Origin: Thermoplasmatales archaeon
Lineage (GTDB): Archaea > Thermoplasmatota > E2 > DHVEG-1
Reading direction: 5' to 3'
NCBI GenBank assembly: GCA_030672305.1
Contig: DAOVGR010000050.1
Location: 32,302 to 96,301, forward strand
DNA length: 64,000 nucleotides
Shown piece by piece: positions 28,381-38,271 of the stretch (positions within the stretch are counted from its first letter, which is position 1; every line of letters begins with the position of its first letter). The position numbers and the translations under genes are program-made. The notes under the pieces are model-generated. The model was not told the origin of the DNA, made no database searches, and was given only the letters and a program-made list of their open reading frames with translations.

Positions 28381-30465
28381 ATGAAGAGAGTAATTATTTC
28401 ATTATTCACCATAATCTTATTGATAAATACAATAAGCCAAGTAACAAGTCAGAAAATAGAAAATAACCCCCTGCCATCATATAAAAATATAATATATGTG
28501 GACGACGACAATATTTATGGCCCATGGAACGGGACACAAGAACATCCCTATAGGTACATAAAAGATGGAATATTGAATTCAACAAATGGAGATTTAGTTT
28601 TCGTTTATAACGGAATTTACAATGAAATAATAAAAATAAATAGGTCTATAAGTTTGCAAGGAGAAAATAAAAGCTTAACTATAATCGATGGATTTTACAA
28701 TCAAGAAATAATTAATTTAGCCGAAGACAACATAAAGCTGATAAATTTTACAATCAGAAATTCAGGTGGTTATCCATATAATTCTGCAATAAAGATAAAT
28801 TCTAATAATTCCTTAATACAAAAATGTGAAATTTATAGAGCCAAAGTAGGGATTTTATTAAATAATGTAATTAACAATATAATAGATAATTGTACATTTC
28901 ATACAAACGGGCAAGGAATCCTATTTAATTCATCTGAGAGTAATATTATCACAGGTTGTGTTCTTTCGCATAATTCAATAGGTTTACATTTTGAAAAATC
29001 AAATTTCAACAATATTAGTTACTGCTATACCTATGAAAATGGTATATCATGCTATATTAATGATTCAAAAGAAATCGATATTTTTCATTGCAATATAAGT
29101 GATAATTCTGTTAATCTGGGAGGTATTTTCATTGAGAATTCTTTTAACATTACCATTGATAATTCAATATTTGGACATAACGGTGCAGGTATTAGTTTAT
29201 CATCTTCAAATGAAATTTCAATTATCAATTGCGATATTATTCAAAATACTCATTTTGCAATATCTATGCGTAAACCATCAATAAACATAGTTGTGGATAG
29301 TTGTGAGATAGTAAATAATTTTAGATACGGAATTTACATTGAAAAATTAAATTCATGTACAATTACAAATAATAACATCTATAACAATAAACTATTTGGA
29401 ATTTACTCAAGATTTACGAGATGTAGAGCACGATTAAACTGGTGGGGTTCATTACTTGGTCCAACATATATTGAAAGTATTTTTAGGGGGAGAATAACTG
29501 TTTTTTTAGGGAGAATAAGATGTTTTCCTTGGAATATTAAACCAATAAAAAATATTGGTGCGAATTGGAAAGAAAATGATCCTTACCTAACAAGAATAGA
29601 GCTATATAATCAGAATAATATTTTTAATTTTACGGGGAAAGATGTTGATGATGACGGATTGCCCGATTGGTGGGAGGAAAAATGGGGATATAGTCCATTT
29701 ATTTGGAATGAGCATGCACATCTTGATCCGGATAATGATGCATTAAATAATTTCGAAGAATGCTATACTGATAAGTATGGTTCAGATCCTTTCTATCAAG
29801 ATATATTTCTTGAGATAGACTGGATGGAATCAAACCATCTGGATATATCAAACAAACCATCTGAAAATCTTATAGAAGAAATAGTTACAATTTTTGAGCA
29901 ACATAGTATTGCTTTACATGTTGATATTGGTAATTTGGAGGGAGGTGAAGAAATTCCAATTTGTAACTCAGCATTTTCATATTCAAAATTACAGGATCTC
30001 TATTGGAAATACTTTCTGCAAAACGATTTAAACAATCCTCGCAAAGGAATATTTCACTATGGAATAATTTGTAATTATTGTCCTGATCTAAATTTTCCAT
30101 TTTTTGGATGGGATCATTTTGATTCATTCGCAATATCGGCAAAATGGTTAAAGGATTTAAATCCACTCACTAGTATAGACAATCTAATCGGTGGAGCACT
30201 TGTTCATCATCTTGGCCATACATTAGGATTAATTGCAGATAAATATGGAGGAATTGATAATACTGGATCTTCCCGTATATTTACAATACAATGGCTTAAA
30301 TATAGAAACTATGAAAGCTGTATGAACTATCGTTATAAATACAAAAAATTTTCATTTTCAGATGGTACTAATGGTCGCGGTGACTTTAACGACTGGGACA
30401 ATCTTGATTTTTCATTTTTTAAAGATACGAACTTTCAATATAGAAAGTTTTTAGATTTTCCATAA
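28381..30465 (+). CDS. Secreted beta-helix / metzincin-like protein, paralog 1 (HExxH degenerated to HHxxH)
   Basis: 694 aa with a signal peptide. N-terminal right-handed parallel beta-helix (NosD/pectate-lyase-like) opening block YVDDDNIYGPWNGTQEHPYRYIKDGILNSTNGDLVFVYNGIYNE. Ca-binding-like DVDDDGLPDWWEE and DPDNDALNNFEE. C-terminal zincin-like block ALVHHLGHTLGLIADKY and Met-turn-like SCMNYRY. Confidence 0.7.
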   Translation: MKRVIISLFTIILLINTISQVTSQKIENNPLPSYKNIIYVDDDNIYGPWNGTQEHPYRYIKDGILNSTNGDLVFVYNGIYNEIIKINRSISLQGENKSLTIIDGFYNQEIINLAEDNIKLINFTIRNSGGYPYNSAIKINSNNSLIQKCEIYRAKVGILLNNVINNIIDNCTFHTNGQGILFNSSESNIITGCVLSHNSIGLHFEKSNFNNISYCYTYENGISCYINDSKEIDIFHCNISDNSVNLGGIFIENSFNITIDNSIFGHNGAGISLSSSNEISIINCDIIQNTHFAISMRKPSINIVVDSCEIVNNFRYGIYIEKLNSCTITNNNIYNNKLFGIYSRFTRCRARLNWWGSLLGPTYIESIFRGRITVFLGRIRCFPWNIKPIKNIGANWKENDPYLTRIELYNQNNIFNFTGKDVDDDGLPDWWEEKWGYSPFIWNEHAHLDPDNDALNNFEECYTDKYGSDPFYQDIFLEIDWMESNHLDISNKPSENLIEEIVTIFEQHSIALHVDIGNLEGGEEIPICNSAFSYSKLQDLYWKYFLQNDLNNPRKGIFHYGIICNYCPDLNFPFFGWDHFDSFAISAKWLKDLNPLTSIDNLIGGALVHHLGHTLGLIADKYGGIDNTGSSRIFTIQWLKYRNYESCMNYRYKYKKFSFSDGTNGRGDFNDWDNLDFSFFKDTNFQYRKFLDFP

Positions 30466-30551
30466 TTATATATAGATAAAATTATATATTGATAGGATTA
30501 ACATAAATTGGAGGAAATAATCTGAATAAAAAATATCTTTGTGTATTTATT

Positions 30552-32597
30552 TTGATTATGCTCTTACCAACAACTTTAAGTCAATCAATAACGCCAAGTG
30601 AAATAATTATTTCTGCTAAAAATTCAAAAATTATATATGTTGATGATGACAACATAAATGGACCATGGAACGGGACGAGTGAGCATCCTTATAAAACAAT
30701 AAATGATGGAATTTTTAATGCATCAGAAGGAGATACAATATATGTTTTTAATGGGACGTATTTTGAGAATGTAACAATTGAAAAAAGATTAAATTTAATT
30801 GGTGAAAATAAAAACCTAACAATAGTTGATGGACAATATCAAAATTATGTGATTAATGTTATTGAAGATAGTGTTATTATTGAAAATTTTACCATCAGAA
30901 ATTCTGGAGGTTACAAAGAAAATGCTGGAATAAAACTTGATTCAAATAATAACACAATTAAAGAATGTAAATTTTATAGAACAAAGTCTGGAGTCTATAT
31001 ACATAATAGTAATAACAATCAAATCAAAGACTGCACATTTCACACAAATGGTGAAGGTATTTACATCAAATCATCAAATAATTGTAAAGTAGATGAGAGC
31101 AGCTTATACCACAATGGAATAAGTGTAAATATTCAAGATTCTTATGAAATTGAAATCAAAAATTCCTATGAACACACAAGTGGTTATGGTTTTTTAATTA
31201 ATAATTCATCAAATATTAATATGTCAAATTGTGCAGTTTATGATAACAACGATAATGGAGGTGGACTACTAATTACAAATAATAAGGATATCTGCATCTT
31301 CAACTGTAATATTGTTCATAATGGTCATGGTCTAAATCTTTATGACTGTACAAATATCGAGGTTTTAAATTCAGATTTTATTTGGAATACACATTTAGCA
31401 ATTAGGATCGGGAAAAATACATGTAATTTAAAAATAGAAAATTGTGAAATTACCAACGGTTTTAGATATGGAATTACTGCTGAAAAAAGTAGGTTTAAAC
31501 TTAGAAATAATAACATGCATGCAAATCTTTTTGGAATAAATATTAAGAAATCATTATGTGATGCTAGAAAAAACTGGTGGGGTTCAAGCTTAGGACCGGC
31601 ATTATTACATAGGAAAGAAAAAGATAGAATGTATTTTAAACTAGGATTTATCAGATTTTTCCCATGGCTAATACGTAAAAATGAAAATGCAGGATCAAAC
31701 TGGGAAATAGACTTTGATAAGTATAAAAATGAAATCAATTTGTATCGATTTAAACAAATTGAGCTATCTGGAAATGATAGTGATAATGATCTTGTACCAG
31801 ATTGGTGGGAGGAAAAATGGGGATATAACCCATTGATTTGGGATGACCATATTAACCTAGATCCTGATTTTGATGGATTAAATAATATCGAAGAATGTTA
31901 TACTGATAAGTGGAACTCTAGCCCAATTAAAAGAGATATCTTTATTGAATATGATTGGATTGAGTCCGTCACTTCAAATAAATCAGCAAATAAACCCACA
32001 AAGGAAAATTCTAATCAATTGATTGAGGTTTTTTCTGACCATGATATAACCCTTCATCTTGACAATGGAAGTCTAGGCGGTGGGGAGATGATTCCATTTA
32101 TTTCTGATTTTTCAATGTCTGATTTACGCGATATGTATTGGGATTATTTCCTTCATAATGATTTGAATAATCCAAGAAAGGGAATTTTTCATTGGTGTCT
32201 GGTAAGCGATTATGGCCCATATCCTGGTCTTCCGGGGTTTGCAGTTGTAGGTTGGGATCATCTTGACAGTTTTGAGATATCAGCACAGAGAATGAAAGAA
32301 GGACATCCTTTTAAAAGTAAAGGTTACATAATAGCAAGCATAACTATGCATGAACTAGGTCACAATCTTGGTTTATTTGTTGATGATCATATAGGAATTG
32401 ATAATGATATATCAACTATACCTTTTTTATTGGAGCTCTTAAAAATTAAACGTTACAAAAGCTGTATGAATTATTTGTATACTTATTGGATACTTGATTA
32501 CTCTGATGGTTCACATGCTATAAATGATTTTGATGATTGGGGAAACATCGATCTTTCATTTTTTAAAAACACTCATTTTGAATGGCCAAAAAATTAG
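30552..32597 (+). CDS. Secreted beta-helix / metzincin-like protein, paralog 2 (intact HExxH)
   Basis: 681 aa. Same architecture as 28381-30465 (YVDDDNINGPWNGTSEHPYKTINDGIFNASEGDTIYVFNGTY; DSDNDLVPDWWEE; DPDFDGLNNIEE). C-terminal HELGHNLGLFVDDH and SCMNYLY. Confidence 0.7.
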   Translation: MIMLLPTTLSQSITPSEIIISAKNSKIIYVDDDNINGPWNGTSEHPYKTINDGIFNASEGDTIYVFNGTYFENVTIEKRLNLIGENKNLTIVDGQYQNYVINVIEDSVIIENFTIRNSGGYKENAGIKLDSNNNTIKECKFYRTKSGVYIHNSNNNQIKDCTFHTNGEGIYIKSSNNCKVDESSLYHNGISVNIQDSYEIEIKNSYEHTSGYGFLINNSSNINMSNCAVYDNNDNGGGLLITNNKDICIFNCNIVHNGHGLNLYDCTNIEVLNSDFIWNTHLAIRIGKNTCNLKIENCEITNGFRYGITAEKSRFKLRNNNMHANLFGINIKKSLCDARKNWWGSSLGPALLHRKEKDRMYFKLGFIRFFPWLIRKNENAGSNWEIDFDKYKNEINLYRFKQIELSGNDSDNDLVPDWWEEKWGYNPLIWDDHINLDPDFDGLNNIEECYTDKWNSSPIKRDIFIEYDWIESVTSNKSANKPTKENSNQLIEVFSDHDITLHLDNGSLGGGEMIPFISDFSMSDLRDMYWDYFLHNDLNNPRKGIFHWCLVSDYGPYPGLPGFAVVGWDHLDSFEISAQRMKEGHPFKSKGYIIASITMHELGHNLGLFVDDHIGIDNDISTIPFLLELLKIKRYKSCMNYLYTYWILDYSDGSHAINDFDDWGNIDLSFFKNTHFEWPKN

Positions 32598-33718
32598 TCT
32601 TCCTTCCATTTTGTAAGAGCAAGCCCTATTATGAAAAATATCGCTGCAAAAATTAAAACAAAAATGGTATTAATAGTTGCATCTGCCGTTTCAAGTTTTA
32701 TCATACTATCACGCAAACCTTCATTTACGTAATACAATGGAAGAACTCTTGCAACTAATTGCAGGAACTCTGGCATCATATCCAATTCAAAAAATGTTCC
32801 AGCAAGAAACATCATTGGAAAAGTAACAGCTCCACCTGCCATGCCAGCAGATTCTTCATCTTTTACAAAACGACCAATCATCATCCCAAGGCCTGTGAAA
32901 AGAAAGCTTGTTGCAATTATGATTACTATCATCAATGCAGTAACATGTACATGAAGTCCATAAATTAAGACACCAACAGCAATAATAATCACAGTTGAAA
33001 GAAAAGATAAAAAGAGCTGAAAGAGCATTTTTGAAATAATCCATTCGGATCTTGTAATTGGTGTAGTCAATAATTTTCTAAGGATTCCATCTTTTCGATA
33101 TTTTGTATTTCTCTCAAGGCTTCCATAAATACACGTCTGCATTATTGTAAAACCAATCATACCTGGAATAAAAAAATCAATATATGAAAATTCTCCACTA
33201 ATTGTCGTAACATCCTGAAGACCAATAATTTCTCTACCACCAGAAACATTCATATTTGTGTTTATAACAAAATATGATATTATATCCCTGATCTGTTGAT
33301 TAGTGGTTTGTTCGCTTTGATCAAAATAGAACATTAAATTTGAAGTTTCAGTCGAATTAGGGTTTTGTTGGGACATAATTATTGCTTCACTAAAATCTTC
33401 AGGAATTACAAGTACCCTTTTAATGTCATTTTCATCCATATACGATTTAATATCTTCGTCTTTTGGTACATTTTTAATATTTATATAACCAGTAGATTCC
33501 AGTCCTTGGAGAAAACCTTCAGTTATACCAAATTCATCATCTTCATCTAAATTTTGGACATAAAGATCAAACTCTACCTCACCTATGCCAGAAAAGATTG
33601 CGCCAAAAATTAAAATAAGCATTACAGGAAAAGCAAGAGTCCAAAACAGTGTAGCTCTGCTACGAAAGAATGATTTCAAATCGGTTTTAAAGCCTGCGAT
33701 TAAAATTTCTGGTCTCAT
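32594..33718 (-). CDS. ABC-2 family transporter permease
   Basis: 374 aa. N-terminal TM then a large extracytoplasmic domain and a C-terminal 5-TM bundle typical of ABC-2 permeases. The 5-prime end overlaps or abuts the ATPase gene. Confidence 0.7.
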   Translation of the reverse strand: MRPEILIAGFKTDLKSFFRSRATLFWTLAFPVMLILIFGAIFSGIGEVEFDLYVQNLDEDDEFGITEGFLQGLESTGYINIKNVPKDEDIKSYMDENDIKRVLVIPEDFSEAIIMSQQNPNSTETSNLMFYFDQSEQTTNQQIRDIISYFVINTNMNVSGGREIIGLQDVTTISGEFSYIDFFIPGMIGFTIMQTCIYGSLERNTKYRKDGILRKLLTTPITRSEWIISKMLFQLFLSFLSTVIIIAVGVLIYGLHVHVTALMIVIIIATSFLFTGLGMMIGRFVKDEESAGMAGGAVTFPMMFLAGTFFELDMMPEFLQLVARVLPLYYVNEGLRDSMIKLETADATINTIFVLIFAAIFFIIGLALTKWKED

Positions 33719-34803
33719 TAGGATTCCTCCATCAGTTTAGAGCCAGTCAGATGTAAGAAAACCTCCTCAAGATTTGACCTGCGTATATCAATACTATCAT
33801 ACTCAGCGCATTCATGTCTAAGAATTGATAAAACCTCAAGAACTCGGTCCTTATTATCGATTTTTATTTGGATATCTCCATTTTGTCCCACACTTGCATT
33901 ATATTCTCTTTCATTTAATATGTCAACTACATCTTTTGTTGTGCAGTTCTTTATATGAAGAATGTTTTCTTTACCATACTTATTAATTAATTCAGCAAGT
34001 GACCCCTCAGCAATAATATTTCCCTTATGAATAATTGCAATATGATCTGCTAAATACTCTGCTTCTTCCATATAGTGAGTCGTTAAAAAAACTGTTTTTC
34101 CTTTATTGCGTAGACTTGCAATTACATCCCATACCTCTCTTCTTGCTTTTGGATCAAGACCTGTTGTTGGTTCATCAAGAAAAACAATTTCAGGATCATT
34201 AACCAGTGCAATTGCAACTCCTACACGTTGTTTCAAACCACCTGATAAATTCATATAGAGTTTATTTTCTTGATCCTTAAGGTCCATAGAACCAATAATT
34301 CCATCAATATTTGCTCTTTTTTTGTAAAGTTTGGAAAAAAATTCTAAAGTTTCTCTTACAGTAATTCTCTCAAAAGAATGGTACTCTTGCGGAAGTATTC
34401 CGATTTTTTCCTTTAATTTATCAAATGAGGAGCTAATATCTTCTCCAAGTAATTTTATAGATCCCGCTGTTGGTTGACGTATTGATTCAATCATTTCAAC
34501 AGTTGTCGTCTTTCCTGCGCCATTTGGACCCAAAAATGCAAATACTTCCCCTTTTTTAACAGAAAATGAAATAGAATTTACTGCAACAAGATCATCATAA
34601 ACTTTTTTAAGATTTATTGCTTCTATTGCTACATCATCCGATACAACAACTTTTTTAAAAGTGACCTTTCCTTTTTTTCCGCATTCAGGACAAGAAACAA
34701 GAGTAACTTCTCCAGGACTACCAACACTAGTAATAATATTACCACATTGCGGACATTTAACTTTTTTTTCAACCATAAATGTACCTTTTAATGAGCACCT
34801 CAA
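33718..34803 (-). CDS. ABC transporter ATP-binding protein with N-terminal double CxxC zinc-ribbon
   Basis: 361 aa. Walker A GPNGAGKTTT, signature LSGGLKQR and Walker B VFLDEPT. Residues 15-45 contain CPQCGN...CPECGKKG. Confidence 0.85.
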   Translation of the reverse strand: MRCSLKGTFMVEKKVKCPQCGNIITSVGSPGEVTLVSCPECGKKGKVTFKKVVVSDDVAIEAINLKKVYDDLVAVNSISFSVKKGEVFAFLGPNGAGKTTTVEMIESIRQPTAGSIKLLGEDISSSFDKLKEKIGILPQEYHSFERITVRETLEFFSKLYKKRANIDGIIGSMDLKDQENKLYMNLSGGLKQRVGVAIALVNDPEIVFLDEPTTGLDPKARREVWDVIASLRNKGKTVFLTTHYMEEAEYLADHIAIIHKGNIIAEGSLAELINKYGKENILHIKNCTTKDVVDILNEREYNASVGQNGDIQIKIDNKDRVLEVLSILRHECAEYDSIDIRRSNLEEVFLHLTGSKLMEES

Positions 34804-34824
34804 TATAAAAAGTGGTATTTATCT

Positions 34825-35532
34825 TTAAGGATTAAGTAATTGTTTATCTATTAAATTCAAATTTTGATTAAAATTATATATAATTGGAATTCCAGTGGGA
34901 ATTTCAACATTTGGTATTTCTTTTTCTGATATATTTTCTACATGCATAGTTATAGCTCGAAGACTATTACCATGAGCTGAAACAAGAACTGTTTTATCTT
35001 CTTTTAAATCCTTAAGGATATGTTTTTTGAAATAAGGAATTGCACGTTCACAAGTATTTTTTAAACTTTCACCGCCAGGTGGATTTACATCATAGCTACG
35101 CCGCCAAAGATGGACCTGCTCATTTCCATATTTTTCTCTTGTTTTTTGTTTATTTAATCCCTGAAGATCCCCATAATATCTCTCTGCTAAATCTACAGAC
35201 ATATAAATTGGAATTTCATTAGTAGGATCACCCGAATGATGCTCCCAATCGTGTATTTTTTTATCTTCGTGAAAAATAATAGGAGTGCGTTCATCATTAG
35301 AATTAATTAAAATATAATGAAGGGTTTGAATTGCCCGTAACATATGTGAAATATATACAGAATCAAACTTAACATCTTTTAGTTTCTCACCTGCAGAAAT
35401 TGCTTCTTCAATACCTTTTTTGGATAAAGGAACATCTATCCATCCTGTAAAACGATTTTCCAAATTCCATTGAGATTGTCCATGTCTTACCAATATTAAT
35501 TTAGACATAACACCAACTCCGCTATATGTCAT
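34825..35532 (-). CDS. gpmA: Histidine-phosphatase superfamily phosphoglycerate mutase (2,3-BPG-dependent type, GpmA-like)
   Basis: 235 aa. N-terminal LILVRHGQSQWNLENRFTGWIDVPLSKKGIEEA with the catalytic RHG. Confidence 0.8.
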   Translation of the reverse strand: MTYSGVGVMSKLILVRHGQSQWNLENRFTGWIDVPLSKKGIEEAISAGEKLKDVKFDSVYISHMLRAIQTLHYILINSNDERTPIIFHEDKKIHDWEHHSGDPTNEIPIYMSVDLAERYYGDLQGLNKQKTREKYGNEQVHLWRRSYDVNPPGGESLKNTCERAIPYFKKHILKDLKEDKTVLVSAHGNSLRAITMHVENISEKEIPNVEIPTGIPIIYNFNQNLNLIDKQLLNP

Positions 35533-37030
35533 ATAGATTGTAATATTTATTTTTTAAATAATTAACAAAAACTTTTGCATTTAATCCTTCACCACATGCG
35601 TTTTTTATTATTTCATCAGCAGTCATCATCCGTCCATATTTATGAACATTTTCTCTAAGCCAAATAATGATATTTCTAAAATCTCCCTTTTCAATATTAG
35701 ATAAAATACTTGGATTTTCATCTGTCAATTTTTTAAAAAGTTGAGATGAATAAATAGATCCAATAGCATAAGTTGGAAAATAACCAAAATTCCCACCGCT
35801 CCAATGCATATCTTGTAACACACCATCTTTGTCGTTCTTGGGAATAATTCCTAGTATCTCATCCATCTTATTATTCCATATCTCTGGTAATTCAGATACT
35901 TTTATCTTATCATCTATAAGAGAATTTTCAAGTTCAAAACGAAGAATTACATGTAAACAATATGTTAATTCATCTGCCTCTACTCTAATAAAAGAGGGTT
36001 TAACAGAATTAACATATCTATACCAAATATCAATATCCAAATCCTTAAGTTGATCTGGTGATTTTCTCTTAAAAATAGGATAAAAATAATTCCAAAAATG
36101 TTTGCTACGACAAATCATGTTTTCCCAAAAACGAGATTGCGATTCATGTAAGCCTAAAGAGGGGGAATCTGAAATTACAGTATATTTGAACTCATCTCTT
36201 GGCACTCCTAATTCATACAGGGCATGTCCTGCCTCATGAGCTGTTGAAAAAAACGAAAACAATGGATTTTTTCTTTCATAATTTGTTGTAATTCTAACAT
36301 CATTATAGCCCATAGAGGTAGTAAAAGGATGTGTAGACATATCTATTCGAGATTTATCTTTTGGTAGGAGCATAGTTTCAATAACAATATTACAGATTTC
36401 TCTTTGTTTTTCAATGGGAAATTTCAAATCTATTTCATGTTGTTTTTTAAAAAGCCTGCTTGTTTTAATTTTCTCAAGAATATCGATAATTTGGGTTTTA
36501 AGATATTTAAATTCCTTTTTTAATTTATCAACAGTCATACCCTCCTCATAATCATCAACAAGAGTGTTATATCTTGGACCTGGAAGATTAATATAACCGC
36601 AATATTCTTTCTCAAGTTCAACTATTTTTTCAAGGTAAGGAATAAATATTTTAAAATTACTCTTCTCCCTTGCTTCTTGCCATGCCGGATATGCAAGAGT
36701 TGTCGTCTTTACCATCCTTTCAACAAAACTGGACGGTATCATCCTTGCCTTTTCAACATCCTTTTTTAGTCTAGTTACAACTGCTTTATCTTTGGGGGGT
36801 AAATTTTCGAAATTTTTTGATTTCGATAAATTTTCAATGTGTTTCCAAAGCTTATCCGAAATAACCTTTTCGTGAGAAAGTCTTGAAATAAGAGCAGTTT
36901 GCTCGGATCTATCCGATGCACCCATTGGCGGCATATAAGTCATTTGATCCCATCCCAAAAGTGCAGCAATACCGCCAAAAGTGGATAGCTCTTTTTGTTC
37001 TTTATAGATAAAATCTAAGGGTTCTTTCAT
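35522..37030 (-). CDS. M32 carboxypeptidase (carboxypeptidase Taq family)
   Basis: 502 aa. HEAGHALYE zinc motif and the M32-specific HESQSRFWEN block. Confidence 0.85.
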   Translation of the reverse strand: MKEPLDFIYKEQKELSTFGGIAALLGWDQMTYMPPMGASDRSEQTALISRLSHEKVISDKLWKHIENLSKSKNFENLPPKDKAVVTRLKKDVEKARMIPSSFVERMVKTTTLAYPAWQEAREKSNFKIFIPYLEKIVELEKEYCGYINLPGPRYNTLVDDYEEGMTVDKLKKEFKYLKTQIIDILEKIKTSRLFKKQHEIDLKFPIEKQREICNIVIETMLLPKDKSRIDMSTHPFTTSMGYNDVRITTNYERKNPLFSFFSTAHEAGHALYELGVPRDEFKYTVISDSPSLGLHESQSRFWENMICRSKHFWNYFYPIFKRKSPDQLKDLDIDIWYRYVNSVKPSFIRVEADELTYCLHVILRFELENSLIDDKIKVSELPEIWNNKMDEILGIIPKNDKDGVLQDMHWSGGNFGYFPTYAIGSIYSSQLFKKLTDENPSILSNIEKGDFRNIIIWLRENVHKYGRMMTADEIIKNACGEGLNAKVFVNYLKNKYYNLYDI

Positions 37031-37044
37031 TTGCTCTCCTCAAT

Positions 37045-37830
37045 TTAGATGTCAATTTCAATTGGACAATGATCAGATCCCATAACATCTTGCATAATAA
37101 ATGCCTTTTTAAGATGCGGTAATAACTCCTTATTTACAAAGAAATAATCTATTCGCCAACCTACATTTCTTTCTCTAGCACGTGTTTTCATATCCCACCA
37201 GGTGTACTGATCTGGTTCTTTGTTAAAGTATCTAAACGTATCAATATATCCATGATCAATGAAGGTATCTATCCAAGCTCGTTCTATTGGCAAAAAACCC
37301 GAGATTTTTTCATTTTCTTTTGCTCTTGCAAGATCAATTTCTTTATGAGCTGTGTTAAAATCACCACATACCATTATGTTTTTGCCTTTCGTTTTTAGAT
37401 TATCAGCATATGCTAGAAACGTATCATAAAAATCTAATTTATAATTAAGCCTTTCCTGGTTTTTTTTACCATTTGGAAAATAGATATTAAACAAAATAAA
37501 AGAAGGAAATTCACAAATAAGGGTTCTACCCTCATTATCAAATTTATCTATTCCAAATCCCTTTTTAGAATCAATGGGTCGTTCTTTTGAAAATATTACC
37601 ACACCACTGTAGCCCTTTCTTTCAGCCGGATTCCAATAGACATTATATCCAGGCATGTTTCTCAGATAGGGAGGTACTTGTTCTGGTTGAGCCTTGATTT
37701 CTTGTAAACAAAGAATATCCGGAGATTCTTTTTTAAACCAATCATATAATCCTTTTTTTTCGGCTGCTCTAATACCATTAACATTCCATGATATTATTCT
37801 CATCGTAAATGGTATATTGAACAAGAACAT
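37045..37830 (-). CDS. xth: Exodeoxyribonuclease III / AP endonuclease (Xth family)
   Basis: 261 aa. [20 protein letters not shown] and C-terminal SDHCPI catalytic blocks. Confidence 0.85.
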   Translation of the reverse strand: MFLFNIPFTMRIISWNVNGIRAAEKKGLYDWFKKESPDILCLQEIKAQPEQVPPYLRNMPGYNVYWNPAERKGYSGVVIFSKERPIDSKKGFGIDKFDNEGRTLICEFPSFILFNIYFPNGKKNQERLNYKLDFYDTFLAYADNLKTKGKNIMVCGDFNTAHKEIDLARAKENEKISGFLPIERAWIDTFIDHGYIDTFRYFNKEPDQYTWWDMKTRARERNVGWRIDYFFVNKELLPHLKKAFIMQDVMGSDHCPIEIDI

Positions 37831-37887
37831 AAGATTAATCTTTTATGGAAGTTACAGATATACAGCAGTAAAAAGATTGGTGATTTC

Positions 37888-38226
37888 ATGAAACATGTAC
37901 ATTATTCAGAAGTTGAATTAGAAGAACCAACTGAAGATGGAATAAAGGATATAAAAGTAAGATGGCTTATTTCAAAAAAAGATGGGGCAAAAAACTTTGC
38001 CATGCGTCTATTTGAGATAAAACCCAGCGGTTATACACCGCTGCATCAGCATGACTGGGAACATGAGGTATTTGTGCTAGAGGGAAAAGGTGTAACAAGA
38101 GAAAAAAACAATGAAAACTCCTTTAAACAAGGAGATGTATTTTTTGTTCCACCAATGGAATGGCATCAGTTTGTAAATACTAGCAATGATATGCTTAAGT
38201 TCTTATGCTTGATTCCCTATAAATAA
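37888..38226 (+). CDS. Cupin-domain protein
   Basis: 112 aa. Cupin motifs PLHQHDWEHEVFVLEGKG and GDVFFVPPMEWHQF. Confidence 0.65.
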   Translation: MKHVHYSEVELEEPTEDGIKDIKVRWLISKKDGAKNFAMRLFEIKPSGYTPLHQHDWEHEVFVLEGKGVTREKNNENSFKQGDVFFVPPMEWHQFVNTSNDMLKFLCLIPYK

Positions 38227-38271
38227 AGAAAAAATTTATTTTACAATAAGAGATTTGGTGAGGGAGATTTC

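Noticed and set aside
28381-32597. Long direct repeats considered as a CRISPR-like or assembly-duplication artefact
   Set aside because: The repetition is at the protein level, between two diverged full-length paralogous genes with separate signal peptides. There are no short regular repeat-spacer units. No CRISPR array exists anywhere in the window.
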